Below the pieces are notes generated by a model. It did no database searches. It was not told the origin of the DNA and saw nothing but the letters and a program-made list of their open reading frames with translations. Positions 37,156 to 46,366 of a stretch of 64,000 bases of DNA are shown here, piece after piece; the stretch's first letter is position 1; the number at the start of each line of letters is the position of its first letter. A program made the position numbers and the translations under genes. Origin of the DNA: an uncultured Candidatus Saccharibacteria bacterium (GTDB lineage Bacteria > Patescibacteriota > Minisyncoccia > Phycocordibacterales > UBA9973). Where the stretch lies: contig CAZUQJ010000001.1 in assembly GCA_964622505.1 (NCBI GenBank), forward strand, positions 116,957 to 180,956, written 5' to 3'.

Positions 37156-38256
37156 TTAATTCTTTTTTTGGAAACGAGAAACGTTGAGGATTATGCCCAT
37201 GGCGCCGAGGGTTATTAGTAGAGAGGTGCCACCGTGGCTGATGAATGGTAGAGGTACACCCGTCAGTGGGAATACGCCAATAATCGAGGCGATGTTCATA
37301 AATGCTTGTGTGAGTGTGATTGTAATGAGTCCAATAGCTAGTAATTTGGAAAATGAGTCAGGTGCGTAATATCCAATTTTGAATCCACGAAATGCAAAAA
37401 TAATAAACAAGAGAATAATAGCAACTGTGCCGATAAAACCTGTTTCCTCTCCTATAACAGCAAAGATCGAGTCGCCTTGAGGTTCTGGTAAGTAACTGTA
37501 CTTCTGTATACTTTGGCCCAATCCCCTGCCAAAGATCCCTCCGGAGCCGATAGCGATCAGTGATTGCTGTAGTTGGTACGATGCCCCACTTTGGTTCTGG
37601 CTTGGGTGCAGGAATGTATTTACACGGCTCTTCAAATAAGGAGTCACTGAAACAAGTATTCCAAATCCAACGATACTAATAACAAAAATTCCTAAAATAT
37701 ATTTCCATGGCATACCAGAGATGAAGAGCATAACCATAGCAGTTGTTGCGATCAGAATGACACTCTTTGTGTCGGGTTGCTTGAGTAGTACAAGTGCAAT
37801 AACTCCAAGTAATAATAAGAGTGGGATAATACTGAACTTCATATCACGGACTTTTGTCTTGACCCAAGAAAGCCATGCAGCAAAATAAATAACAAAAGCG
37901 ATTTTTAGGAATTCTACCGGTTGAAATGATATACCAAAAATATTAATCCAGCGCTGTGCTCCTCCGTGACTAAATCCAATCTTTGGAACAAAAACTAAGC
38001 ATGTAATAAGTATAGAAATGATGAAGATCGTTAGTGAATATGTCCGCCAAAATTTGTATGGGATACGATATGCACAATACATAGCGATCCCCCCACCAAG
38101 TAGTCCAAAAAGGAATTGATTGAAGATTACGTCGTAGAATTTGGCAGGATTCTTTGCCAAGATTCCAAGCGATGCTGAAGTAAACATAACCACGCCGACT
38201 ACAACGAGCGTGACAATAAGACCAAAAAATATTTTATCAATGTTTTTTTCTTTCAT
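37156..38256 (-). CDS. ftsW: SEDS-family peptidoglycan glycosyltransferase FtsW/RodA
   Basis: 10-TM SEDS architecture; lies between murG and mraY. Confidence 0.8.
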   Translation of the reverse strand: MKEKNIDKIFFGLIVTLVVVGVVMFTSASLGILAKNPAKFYDVIFNQFLFGLLGGGIAMYCAYRIPYKFWRTYSLTIFIISILITCLVFVPKIGFSHGGAQRWINIFGISFQPVEFLKIAFVIYFAAWLSWVKTKVRDMKFSIIPLLLLLGVIALVLLKQPDTKSVILIATTAMVMLFISGMPWKYILGIFVISIVGFGILVSVTPYLKSRVNTFLHPSQNQSGASYQLQQSLIAIGSGGIFGRGLGQSIQKYSYLPEPQGDSIFAVIGEETGFIGTVAIILLFIIFAFRGFKIGYYAPDSFSKLLAIGLITITLTQAFMNIASIIGVFPLTGVPLPFISHGGTSLLITLGAMGIILNVSRFQKKN

Positions 38257-38268
38257 TTTTTAAATAAA

Positions 38269-39315
38269 TTACTGCAAGAACACTAAAACAACTCCTAGAA
38301 TGGAACTCATGATAGCTACGATCCAGTAGCGCATCGTGACTTTGTATTTGGGCCAGCCGAGAGCTTCGAAGTGGTGGTGGAGTGGTGCCACGAGGAATAC
38401 CTTTTTGCCATTAAAGAATTTACGCGAGACCATCTGGATGATAGTTGATACCGAGGTGATAAATAATGGGAATGCAATGATTGGTAAGATGAGCACTGTA
38501 TCGGTAAGGAATGCGATCACAGAGAGTGTAACCGTCAACCCGATCATACCTGTTTCCCCCATATAAAATCGAGCTGGAGGGATGTTGAACCACAAGAATG
38601 CCAAAATACCGCTTGTAATAACTGCGCAAAATGCCGCTAGGTTGAATTGCCCGTGGCCATATGCTATGACTGTGTAAGCCACAAATACGGGAGCTAATAC
38701 ACCACCCGATAGGCCGTCGATACCATCGATCACACTGGTTGACCATACTGCTAATGTTACAGCAATAAAAAAAGGAATAAATAAAAATCCAAGATACAAA
38801 GTACCATCAAATGGTATATGTACACTGTTCATACCCAATTTTGAATAGAACCACCAGCCAATAACCAATCCTAAAATAACGATGATACCTATTTTTATAT
38901 ATCGAAAGAGTATTGGGTCACCGGACAATTTTCCTTGAGCAAAAATCTGGATGAAGTCGTCGGCAAGACCAAGAAGTGACGCAAAGATAAGTACAATAAA
39001 AGGTAAAAGTGTTTCAGAACGATTTATAAAATAAATTCTATCTGCAAAATTTGTGTTTATAAAAAATGAAATAAAGAATATAACAAGCATAGTCGCGATA
39101 ACCGACATCCAGACGATCATCCCACCTGTACGTGGAGTACGGAGCTCAGTGTCCTCATAAATTTTCTTGAAATTTTCATTGGGTGCTACTTCTATTCGTG
39201 AAGTTCGGCGCCATAATTTGTATTTGTAAAAATAGTGTGTAAAAATTGGTGTCAACAAAATACCAGAAACGAAACTGATAACTGCAGGTATGAGCACTTT
39301 GATCGTATTACTCAT
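38269..39315 (-). CDS. mraY: Phospho-N-acetylmuramoyl-pentapeptide transferase
   Basis: Polytopic protein with a LGLADDF motif, in dcw-like context. Confidence 0.8.
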   Translation of the reverse strand: MSNTIKVLIPAVISFVSGILLTPIFTHYFYKYKLWRRTSRIEVAPNENFKKIYEDTELRTPRTGGMIVWMSVIATMLVIFFISFFINTNFADRIYFINRSETLLPFIVLIFASLLGLADDFIQIFAQGKLSGDPILFRYIKIGIIVILGLVIGWWFYSKLGMNSVHIPFDGTLYLGFLFIPFFIAVTLAVWSTSVIDGIDGLSGGVLAPVFVAYTVIAYGHGQFNLAAFCAVITSGILAFLWFNIPPARFYMGETGMIGLTVTLSVIAFLTDTVLILPIIAFPLFITSVSTIIQMVSRKFFNGKKVFLVAPLHHHFEALGWPKYKVTMRYWIVAIMSSILGVVLVFLQ

Positions 39316-39847
39316 TTTCTTTTTCGCCTTTTAAACTACCTTTTAAATTGTTCACTACATTTTGATAGTCGGGCAAGTCGGCAAGCGTTGTGACTCCCAT
39401 GTATTGGAGAGTCTCGGTCGTGGGACTATATGTATAACGTCTGGAATCATTTGGGTCAATATTTTTCTCTATCAATCCTCGGACCAGTAGGTTGCGTAGT
39501 ATAAAGCTTGAATTCACTCCACGGATATAGTCGATCTCGGCTCGCGTTGCGCCATTGTTGTAGAGGATTATAGAGAGTGTTTCGAGTGATGATTTCGTTA
39601 GGTCTCGAGAGAGTTCTTCTTTGCGCATTGCTTCGAGGAATACGCTCGCATCTTTATTGGTGCCGAGCATGATTTCGGTACCATTCTCGACAATAGTAAG
39701 CCCTGAATTGTTTTGGCGTTCTTTTAGTATAGATAGTCCCTCCCTGACAGCATCTTCGCTAACAGATAAAATTTCTGCTATCTTTTTAATAGCCACTGGT
39801 TCCCCTTTAAAGAAAAGTAATGATTCAATTTTTGCGTGTAGTTCCAT
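39308..39847 (-). CDS. scpB: Segregation and condensation protein B
   Basis: IESLLFFKGEPVAIKKIAEIL ScpB N-terminal winged helix. Confidence 0.8.
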   Translation of the reverse strand: MELHAKIESLLFFKGEPVAIKKIAEILSVSEDAVREGLSILKERQNNSGLTIVENGTEIMLGTNKDASVFLEAMRKEELSRDLTKSSLETLSIILYNNGATRAEIDYIRGVNSSFILRNLLVRGLIEKNIDPNDSRRYTYSPTTETLQYMGVTTLADLPDYQNVVNNLKGSLKGEKENE

Positions 39848-39849
39848 AA

Positions 39850-40638
39850 TTAAATTTGCTTTGGACGAATATCTTCTATTAATTGTTCTTTTGTTTCTTG
39901 CTTGGTAATAGTCATGTCTTCGAAAGTTGCATTTTGAATGACATCGATTATACCCTCTCTGACCAATTCTAACATAGCCAGAAAAGAAACGATAACATTA
40001 ACTTTTTGTTCTCTTACATCAGCACTTGGAAATTTCCCAGAAAATTCTTTAAAAGAAAAAGTTATTGACTGCTGAATTCTTTCTGTTAGATTATCGAGCA
40101 TTTCTTCCATACTGATAACCTTCTTTACCTCTACTTCTGGTAATGGAATGACTTTTTTGGGAATATTGTCGAGGACTGTTTGGATGCCAAGGAGCATGTT
40201 ATTTGTTGTAATATTTTTGTCGGGACTCCATACAGGGTCACTCCAATTGCGCTCAGGCGCAGAGAAAATAATTTGTGCACCAAATTGTGTTTTGATAGTT
40301 ACGCTTGCATTTTTGATAATCTGATATAAACGCAAACGATCCTCAAGATTTTGGATCTTCTCTGTCTCATCTGTGGTCAGAGTTAGATTGGGTAAAAGTG
40401 ATTTAGATTTGATAAGGATCAATGTTGCCGCCACGACGACAAAACTCGACACCGTACCGATATGTGACAGAGTGTTGTCTTTCGACATATTATTTACGTA
40501 GGCAATATACTCGTTGGTTACTTCGGCGAGCGACACATCGTTGACGAAGAATTTGCGCTCTTCTACAAGAGACAAAAGGAGCTCGAGTGGCCCTTCAAAA
40601 TTACCTGCTTTTACTTTGTATGTGGTGTCGGTATCCAT
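39850..40638 (-). CDS. scpA: Segregation and condensation protein A
   Basis: FEGPLELLLSLVEERKF motif, directly upstream of scpB. Confidence 0.75.
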   Translation of the reverse strand: MDTDTTYKVKAGNFEGPLELLLSLVEERKFFVNDVSLAEVTNEYIAYVNNMSKDNTLSHIGTVSSFVVVAATLILIKSKSLLPNLTLTTDETEKIQNLEDRLRLYQIIKNASVTIKTQFGAQIIFSAPERNWSDPVWSPDKNITTNNMLLGIQTVLDNIPKKVIPLPEVEVKKVISMEEMLDNLTERIQQSITFSFKEFSGKFPSADVREQKVNVIVSFLAMLELVREGIIDVIQNATFEDMTITKQETKEQLIEDIRPKQI

Positions 40639-41042
40639 TATCCTTTAATTTTATCGGCGTATTCTTCTATTTCATTTGGAGTGTCGTATGAGATAACTGG
40701 CCATCTTGGCAGTAAGTGGCCATTTTTCTGCGGTATTAGATGCACATGAAAATGTGGAACTTGTTCGCCCACGACACCTAGCTGTACATAATCACAGTCC
40801 AGATTTGTTTTCATTTTTTGCATCAAATTTCTGCAAACAATAAATGTTTTACTAACTGTATCGTCGTCGCAATCCTGCATCCATTCGGCATGTTTTTTTG
40901 GAATCAAAAGCGCATGGCCTTTTGCAACAGGATAAATATCCATAAAAGCTAAAAAGTCATTGTCCTCATATATTTTAATACATGGTATGTCCCCTTTTAC
41001 AATTTTACAAAATAGGCAGTCTGACATATTAAAATCCATCAC
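40638..41042 (-). CDS. HIT-family (histidine triad) hydrolase
   Basis: HFHVHLIP histidine triad; 134 aa. Confidence 0.75.
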   Translation of the reverse strand: MMDFNMSDCLFCKIVKGDIPCIKIYEDNDFLAFMDIYPVAKGHALLIPKKHAEWMQDCDDDTVSKTFIVCRNLMQKMKTNLDCDYVQLGVVGEQVPHFHVHLIPQKNGHLLPRWPVISYDTPNEIEEYADKIKG

Positions 41043-42375
41043 TATTTAACTTCTCATCGATTCTGTTCATGTCTCTTGGGAACATACAGGCTTCACGTAT
41101 ATTTTTCAATCCCAACAACTGCATAGTGATACGCTCGGCTCCAAAAGCAAAACCTCCTTCGGGTGGTACTCCATATTTGAAAGCTTCTAAGAACATATTT
41201 ATCTTACTAGGATCCATCCCCCAAATTTTTACATGTTCCATCAATTGATCATATTTATTAATTCTTCTACCTCCTGAAAGCCATTCTATGCCACGGCAGA
41301 TTAGGTCCATACCCTCGTTCACCTCTGGATTTTCAGCATTTGGATAAACATAGAAAGGTTTTTTGCGAGTTGGATAGCCGTAGATGAAGACGAAGTCTGA
41401 GCCGGTTTCTTCTTTGATTATTTCAGAAATTTGTCTTTCGTCTTCTGGGTTTGTATCCTTTTCTCCGCGAACGTCACGGCCAAACTTGGCAAAAATTTTA
41501 TCTTGGACTTCTTGGAGTGTTAGAGTCGGAGTCTTCTCTATCATCACAGGTAGTTCTGCGCCTACTGTTTCTAAATGTTCGGAATTTTTGGTTTTTACTT
41601 GATCCAATATATATCGAACAGTCTCCTCTGCCATATCACGAATTTCTTCCCATGAATCGATAAATCCCATCTCTGCATCAAGAGATACAATTTCTGTTAG
41701 GTGACGCGTAGTAGAAGATGGCTCTGCTCGAAAAACTTTGTTTACAGAGAAGCATCGTTCAAATGCGGACATGACAATTTGTTTATAAAGTTGTGGAGAT
41801 TGGGAAAGGTAGGCTTTTTTGTCAAAGTAATTCACTTGGAAAACTTCGGCTCCACCTTCTGCTGTTGCCGGTGCTATAGAGGGCGCTTGGAATTCAAAAA
41901 ACATGTTCTTTTTCATAAATTCTCGGAAAGAATCGATAACTGTTTCTTGTACTTTGAAAATTGCTTGAACTTTTGATTGTCTGAGCACAAGCGCTCTGTT
42001 ATCAAGCTCTGTTGTTAGCTCAAGATTGTAGCCATCTTTTGACATGTCAAAAGGTAGTGGCGCCGCTTCGGCTAAAACTTCGATAGTTAGAACCTCGAGT
42101 TCAATATCACCATTTAGTACTCCAACTTTTATATTTCTTTCCGGACGAGCATTTACTTTGCCTACAATTTTCAAGACCCATTCTGAGCGTGAGTTTTTTG
42201 CAATTTCAATATTTGTAGAATTTGGTAGCACAACACATTGGACTTTGCCTGTCATATCGCGCATGTCCATAAATACCATCTTGCCTTGGTCGCGGTGGAC
42301 GTCTACCCAACCAGCGATCACCACCTCTTTACCCACGTGGTCTTTCAAATTGTTTATATAAATTCTGTTTATCAT
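41029..42375 (-). CDS. aspS: Class IIb aspartate--tRNA ligase, archaeal/eukaryal-type (possibly non-discriminating). An AsnRS assignment is not excluded.
   Basis: N-terminal OB anticodon-binding domain; class II motifs; C-terminal PPEGGFAFGAERITMQLLGLKNIREACMFPRD. Confidence 0.7.
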   Translation of the reverse strand: MINRIYINNLKDHVGKEVVIAGWVDVHRDQGKMVFMDMRDMTGKVQCVVLPNSTNIEIAKNSRSEWVLKIVGKVNARPERNIKVGVLNGDIELEVLTIEVLAEAAPLPFDMSKDGYNLELTTELDNRALVLRQSKVQAIFKVQETVIDSFREFMKKNMFFEFQAPSIAPATAEGGAEVFQVNYFDKKAYLSQSPQLYKQIVMSAFERCFSVNKVFRAEPSSTTRHLTEIVSLDAEMGFIDSWEEIRDMAEETVRYILDQVKTKNSEHLETVGAELPVMIEKTPTLTLQEVQDKIFAKFGRDVRGEKDTNPEDERQISEIIKEETGSDFVFIYGYPTRKKPFYVYPNAENPEVNEGMDLICRGIEWLSGGRRINKYDQLMEHVKIWGMDPSKINMFLEAFKYGVPPEGGFAFGAERITMQLLGLKNIREACMFPRDMNRIDEKLNSDGF

Positions 42376-42397
42376 ATTTGTTTATAATATCACAAAA

Positions 42398-42428
42398 AAC
42401 CTCTATTGTGTATAGACAATAGAGGTTT
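42398..42428 (-). terminator. Intrinsic terminator or attenuator between the small membrane ORF and aspS
   Basis: 13-bp perfect stem aaacctctattgt / acaatagaggttt with a T-run on the minus strand. Confidence 0.55.
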
Positions 42429-42642
42429 AATGGATACTTTGGGAGATCATTTCGTACGGTACTCCAATGATCGAATTGATCAGTACAAAGAGCCAATAAA
42501 ATGGCGCAATTAGGAAAAATAGGACCTTATCTTTTGCATATAACGGCAGGTACCATTTCTGAAGCTTCATAAAGAACCAGTTAAATGGGATGTATATAGC
42601 ACCAAATATAACGGTGATGAAAATTTTAAGAATGGTAATCAT
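42427..42642 (-). CDS. Small membrane protein, hypothetical
   Basis: 71 aa with 2 TM segments; overlaps the trpS stop. Confidence 0.35.
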   Translation of the reverse strand: MITILKIFITVIFGAIYIPFNWFFMKLQKWYLPLYAKDKVLFFLIAPFYWLFVLINSIIGVPYEMISQSIH

Positions 42643-43598
42643 AGTTGTACTCCTACATTACTTCTAATCTCGAGCATCTTTTTCTCGACAATGGGCTTGA
42701 TTTTGTTTTTACCATTTTCGAGAATCTTAATAACTTCATTTTTATTTTCTGCTAATTTATTTCGAATTTCGCGCATTGGAGAAATATAATTAATTATATC
42801 TGTAATTAAGAGCTCTTTCAATTCTTTGTACTTACCTTCTTTTTCTTTGTATATAGTATCTAATTCTTCCTTTGATCTGAAAAGCATATGTATGTTGTAC
42901 ACATTTTCGGGCACAGAGCTTCCAGAGTCTGTCACAATACTCATCACAGCCTTTTTGATCTCTTCATCGGTACCAAAAAGCGGAATCGTGTTGCCATAAC
43001 TCTTGCTCATCTTGCGCCCATCTGTGCCAGGCACTATGGCTACCTCTTTTATGATCATTGGTTCTGGAAGCTTAAAAGTCTCACCATAAATATTGTTGAA
43101 TTTCTGCGCAGTATCGCGAGCATACTCTACATGTTGCTTCTGATCGGCGCCTACTGGCACGACATCGGCGTCTTGGATCAGTATGTCGGCAGACATAAGC
43201 ATGGGGTAATCAAAAAGCCCGACAGTTACCTCTTTTGCTTTTTGGTTAGCATCTTTGTAAGTCGTCGCACGCTCGAGGAATGCCATTGTAGTAATGCAAT
43301 TGAAATACCAAGTCATTTCTGCGACTTCTGGGATATCGGATTGCTTGAATAAAATTATTTTCTCTGGATCAAGTCCGCAAGCGATGTAGTCCATCGTTAC
43401 GTCTAAAATCATTTTTGATAATTTTTCTTTATCCTGCACGGTCGTAATTGCATGCAAATCAGCAATAAATATACGGGTATCATATTGACCTTGCATTTCT
43501 ACAAATTGCTTGATAGCGCCAAAATAGTTGCCAATATGCATAGTGCCCGATGGCTGTATCCCTGAAAGTAATATTTTTCTTGTCCCGTTAGAAGCCAT
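42639..43598 (-). CDS. trpS: Tryptophan--tRNA ligase
   Basis: GIQPSGTMHIGNYFGAI (HIGH-like) and KMSKS; 319 aa. Confidence 0.9.
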   Translation of the reverse strand: MASNGTRKILLSGIQPSGTMHIGNYFGAIKQFVEMQGQYDTRIFIADLHAITTVQDKEKLSKMILDVTMDYIACGLDPEKIILFKQSDIPEVAEMTWYFNCITTMAFLERATTYKDANQKAKEVTVGLFDYPMLMSADILIQDADVVPVGADQKQHVEYARDTAQKFNNIYGETFKLPEPMIIKEVAIVPGTDGRKMSKSYGNTIPLFGTDEEIKKAVMSIVTDSGSSVPENVYNIHMLFRSKEELDTIYKEKEGKYKELKELLITDIINYISPMREIRNKLAENKNEVIKILENGKNKIKPIVEKKMLEIRSNVGVQL

Positions 43599-43691
43599 AA
43601 TAGTTTTGTTTAATCTTTAAGTATATAAATTAGAATCCTCACAGGCCTGCTTCTTTCGGGATTCATGCATTTATTATACCAAATACCCCAT

Positions 43692-43706
43692 TTTTATGCA
43701 CATTTT
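43692..43706. repeat. 15-bp direct repeat TTTTATGCACATTTT, copy 1
   Basis: Exact match to 46291-46305. The two copies bracket the two-gene cassette. Confidence 0.6.
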
Positions 43707-43717
43707 CTTAATAATAA

Positions 43718-43748
43718 AACCCGGCCCAATGTAAAATTGGTCCGGGTT
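43718..43748 (-). terminator. Probable intrinsic terminator of the two-gene unknown cassette
   Basis: aacccggccc … gggtccgggtt imperfect hairpin with a U-run on the minus strand. Confidence 0.45.
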
Positions 43749-43759
43749 TATTTATCTTA

Positions 43760-45364
43760 TTAAGAGAATTTTTCTTTTCTCTTTAGAAATCTTTCCAAGG
43801 TAGTTTTTTCAAATATATCAAACCAAGGTTGTTTCTCTGCATGTTCTAGTACAAATTTTGGTAGTTTTTTCCCAATATTTGTAATGTACAAAAATGACGT
43901 CATGTCTTTATCCATAATCTTTTCCCCGCTTTGCGCTATAGACAAAAGGAATCTTGAGTAACCCTCTGCAGTAATACCTTTTTTGTTTCCTGCAAGTTTT
44001 ATTATGCTCAAAATTATACGGGAATTTCCATCTAACCTGAAGCTCTCTTGGTTAAGGGTTAAGGACCTACCTGTTTTATAATCTGTAGCAATCCTAGTGT
44101 AACTATTGATGTCTTTTAAGATGAGGTAATTTGAGGAGTCTGTCAATAATTTAGCAAAATCACTTGAAATAGTATTTTGATTTGCAAAAGCAAGAGCTTT
44201 TTTGTAATATTCAGATTTGCCGGCGGCTGAAAAAACTTTTTCCAGACCTATTTCGTCAAAAAATTGATGCAACTTGTTAGCGAATACCATTCTTTGTGTC
44301 TGAGCTTCATCTAAAAACAATAGTAAGCTTGGGTTTACAAAAAATATTTTTGCAAAGATATCACATTCTGATTTTGCTAAGAGCTTATTTACTGCAGTAA
44401 ACAATTTAACCGGCAGCTCCTCTTCAAGAATACTTTTGTTAATTGTTCTGTTGTAACTACCCAATAACTTATCAAGTGCAGATATTTTTGTTTTACTAAC
44501 AGGGTCTAATTCTAACCTACGACTTAAATAGATTGTAGGAAAGCTTTTACTTAAATCAGGAAGTATGGCTTTTACATAGGATATATTCGTAAATGAGATG
44601 TTGCTTAAATCAGTTTTGGAAAAAAGGTTCTGAAAATTTATCTCCAGTTCCTTTATCCATTTAGGATTGTTTTCAACCATAGACTCAAATTTTTTGATAT
44701 CCTCAAGACTAAACGTGTTTTTTAGTTCACCTAACATAGAACTTACAATCAAAGTGGTAAAAATTTTATCTTCCCTTAAAACTAATTTTTGGGAATCCTT
44801 TTTATCCTCGTCGGATCTTACTGACATAAACTTTTCTAACAGTTTTTTGTCTCCGGATTCGTAGAGTATCTTGGTAATTTTTATCCAACTTTGAATACCA
44901 TTTACTTCATCTTGCAAGGCTTTGAATTTAGAATCAGGCGTCTCCATTACCGCCTTAAAACCTTCAGGGTAATTCCATAGACTTTTTATCTTATTTTCAG
45001 TCCTGGAAATGTCTAAAATTTGTTGCAGTTTTGATGGCGGTGTAATTCCACTTAAAAATGTTTTAAGTTCCGGTAACCCAGAATGAGCACGCATTATTTC
45101 TTTGCAGGCCTTTTCATTTTTAATAGAAGTAAAATCAATGTTCTTTTCCAAGCAACATTCAAGTGTCATTTTTACCAAATAGAAAACTCTTTCTTTTGGG
45201 AAGGTAACTTTCGTTTGCATTTTCAGTGCCCTTTCTGAGGTAATTTTTTGAAACAGTTTGTTTGCATGTGCTGCATGTTTCAAATATAAATTATTTGAGC
45301 TAGGTTCATCTTGACCAAGAGTGGCAAGAGAAAAAGGGTTTGTTTCGTCAATAAATGTTCCCAT
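43760..45364 (-). CDS. Hypothetical protein (534 aa), AT-rich, predicted all-alpha, no recognisable domain
   Basis: Long intact ORF, second gene of a 2-gene operon. Confidence 0.55.
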   Translation of the reverse strand: MGTFIDETNPFSLATLGQDEPSSNNLYLKHAAHANKLFQKITSERALKMQTKVTFPKERVFYLVKMTLECCLEKNIDFTSIKNEKACKEIMRAHSGLPELKTFLSGITPPSKLQQILDISRTENKIKSLWNYPEGFKAVMETPDSKFKALQDEVNGIQSWIKITKILYESGDKKLLEKFMSVRSDEDKKDSQKLVLREDKIFTTLIVSSMLGELKNTFSLEDIKKFESMVENNPKWIKELEINFQNLFSKTDLSNISFTNISYVKAILPDLSKSFPTIYLSRRLELDPVSKTKISALDKLLGSYNRTINKSILEEELPVKLFTAVNKLLAKSECDIFAKIFFVNPSLLLFLDEAQTQRMVFANKLHQFFDEIGLEKVFSAAGKSEYYKKALAFANQNTISSDFAKLLTDSSNYLILKDINSYTRIATDYKTGRSLTLNQESFRLDGNSRIILSIIKLAGNKKGITAEGYSRFLLSIAQSGEKIMDKDMTSFLYITNIGKKLPKFVLEHAEKQPWFDIFEKTTLERFLKRKEKFS

Positions 45365-45372
45365 AATTTTGA

Positions 45373-46254
45373 CTAATTAAATAATTTTCCTAAAACATCC
45401 TCATTGTTAGTCAGATCATCGTCACTTTCCATGAATTCTTTGTGGGACTCATATTGTTTCCCTTGGAAAAGCATGTTCCTGTAAAATTCAAGATCTGGAT
45501 TTTGCAATTCATCTACCAGTTCTTTAAATTTAACTGGTGCATATTCTTGCAAAGTGTTCAAGAAGGGATATTCAATAGGCAGAGGGATATTTGATCTTAA
45601 AAGGTTAAAAAGTTTTAAATTTTCAACCTTCTCATCTTCAAATTCATAATAATTAGTATCTATTTCAAAAATACTAATTAAATACAAAGTTTTGATGCTG
45701 ATCTCAGTAAACATCTCTCTTTTAACATTTACCGGTATTGATTCAATAAATCCGGGTAAATGATTCAGAAACAAATATGCAGACTTTTCATGATCATCGG
45801 TATCATTAAAGTTGTTCATTTTTTTATAATGATACATATAGTACTTTAACAATTCTCCAGGGTTAACTGAGAGTAGATTGTACACACCGAGATTAAGAAC
45901 CTCACCGTTTGTTATCAACACTTCACTTTTAAACATGTGATCTAACTGGCCGAATATGATGTCGGCTGTCTCTTTGTCACTGTTTTCAATGGCAACACTA
46001 ATACTTTCGATAAGATCGGAAGAGTTAATATTTAAGTTGAGAGCCATCTCATAGTGGTTGATTGATCGCCTTCCATTAAACTTTTTAATTTTTGGTAAAA
46101 GTTCAATTAAGAATTGCGCAGATTCTAATTCCAATAACTTAATTCCTTTAAATGGGTTTATGGCAAGAGTGTTATTTCCAGTTGCCGCCCCGTTGTCTTT
46201 TTTGCTTGTCATGACGTTATTTTTTTTACAATGAATTTTGGTATATATTAACAT
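45373..46254 (-). CDS. Hypothetical protein (293 aa; alternative start at 46212), AT-rich, no recognisable domain
   Basis: Intact ORF 8 nt upstream of the 534-aa ORF. Confidence 0.5.
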   Translation of the reverse strand: MLIYTKIHCKKNNVMTSKKDNGAATGNNTLAINPFKGIKLLELESAQFLIELLPKIKKFNGRRSINHYEMALNLNINSSDLIESISVAIENSDKETADIIFGQLDHMFKSEVLITNGEVLNLGVYNLLSVNPGELLKYYMYHYKKMNNFNDTDDHEKSAYLFLNHLPGFIESIPVNVKREMFTEISIKTLYLISIFEIDTNYYEFEDEKVENLKLFNLLRSNIPLPIEYPFLNTLQEYAPVKFKELVDELQNPDLEFYRNMLFQGKQYESHKEFMESDDDLTNNEDVLGKLFN

Positions 46255-46290
46255 AATTAAATCAAAATGTCAATGATAAAATAAGCTATA

Positions 46291-46305
46291 TTTTATGCAC
46301 ATTTT
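46291..46305. repeat. 15-bp direct repeat TTTTATGCACATTTT, copy 2
   Basis: Exact match to 43692-43706. Lies in the divergent promoter region between the cassette and dnaB. Confidence 0.6.
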
Positions 46306-46366
46306 ACCCACAGAGTTGTTCGATAAATGGAATTTGGCAATTTGTAATCTGTGTTAGAATAGACCC

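Noticed and set aside
43599-43700. T-box riboswitch upstream of trpS
   Set aside because: The leader is only about 100 nt and lacks a recognisable T-box sequence (AATTAGGGTGGNACCGCG) or a specifier/antiterminator architecture.
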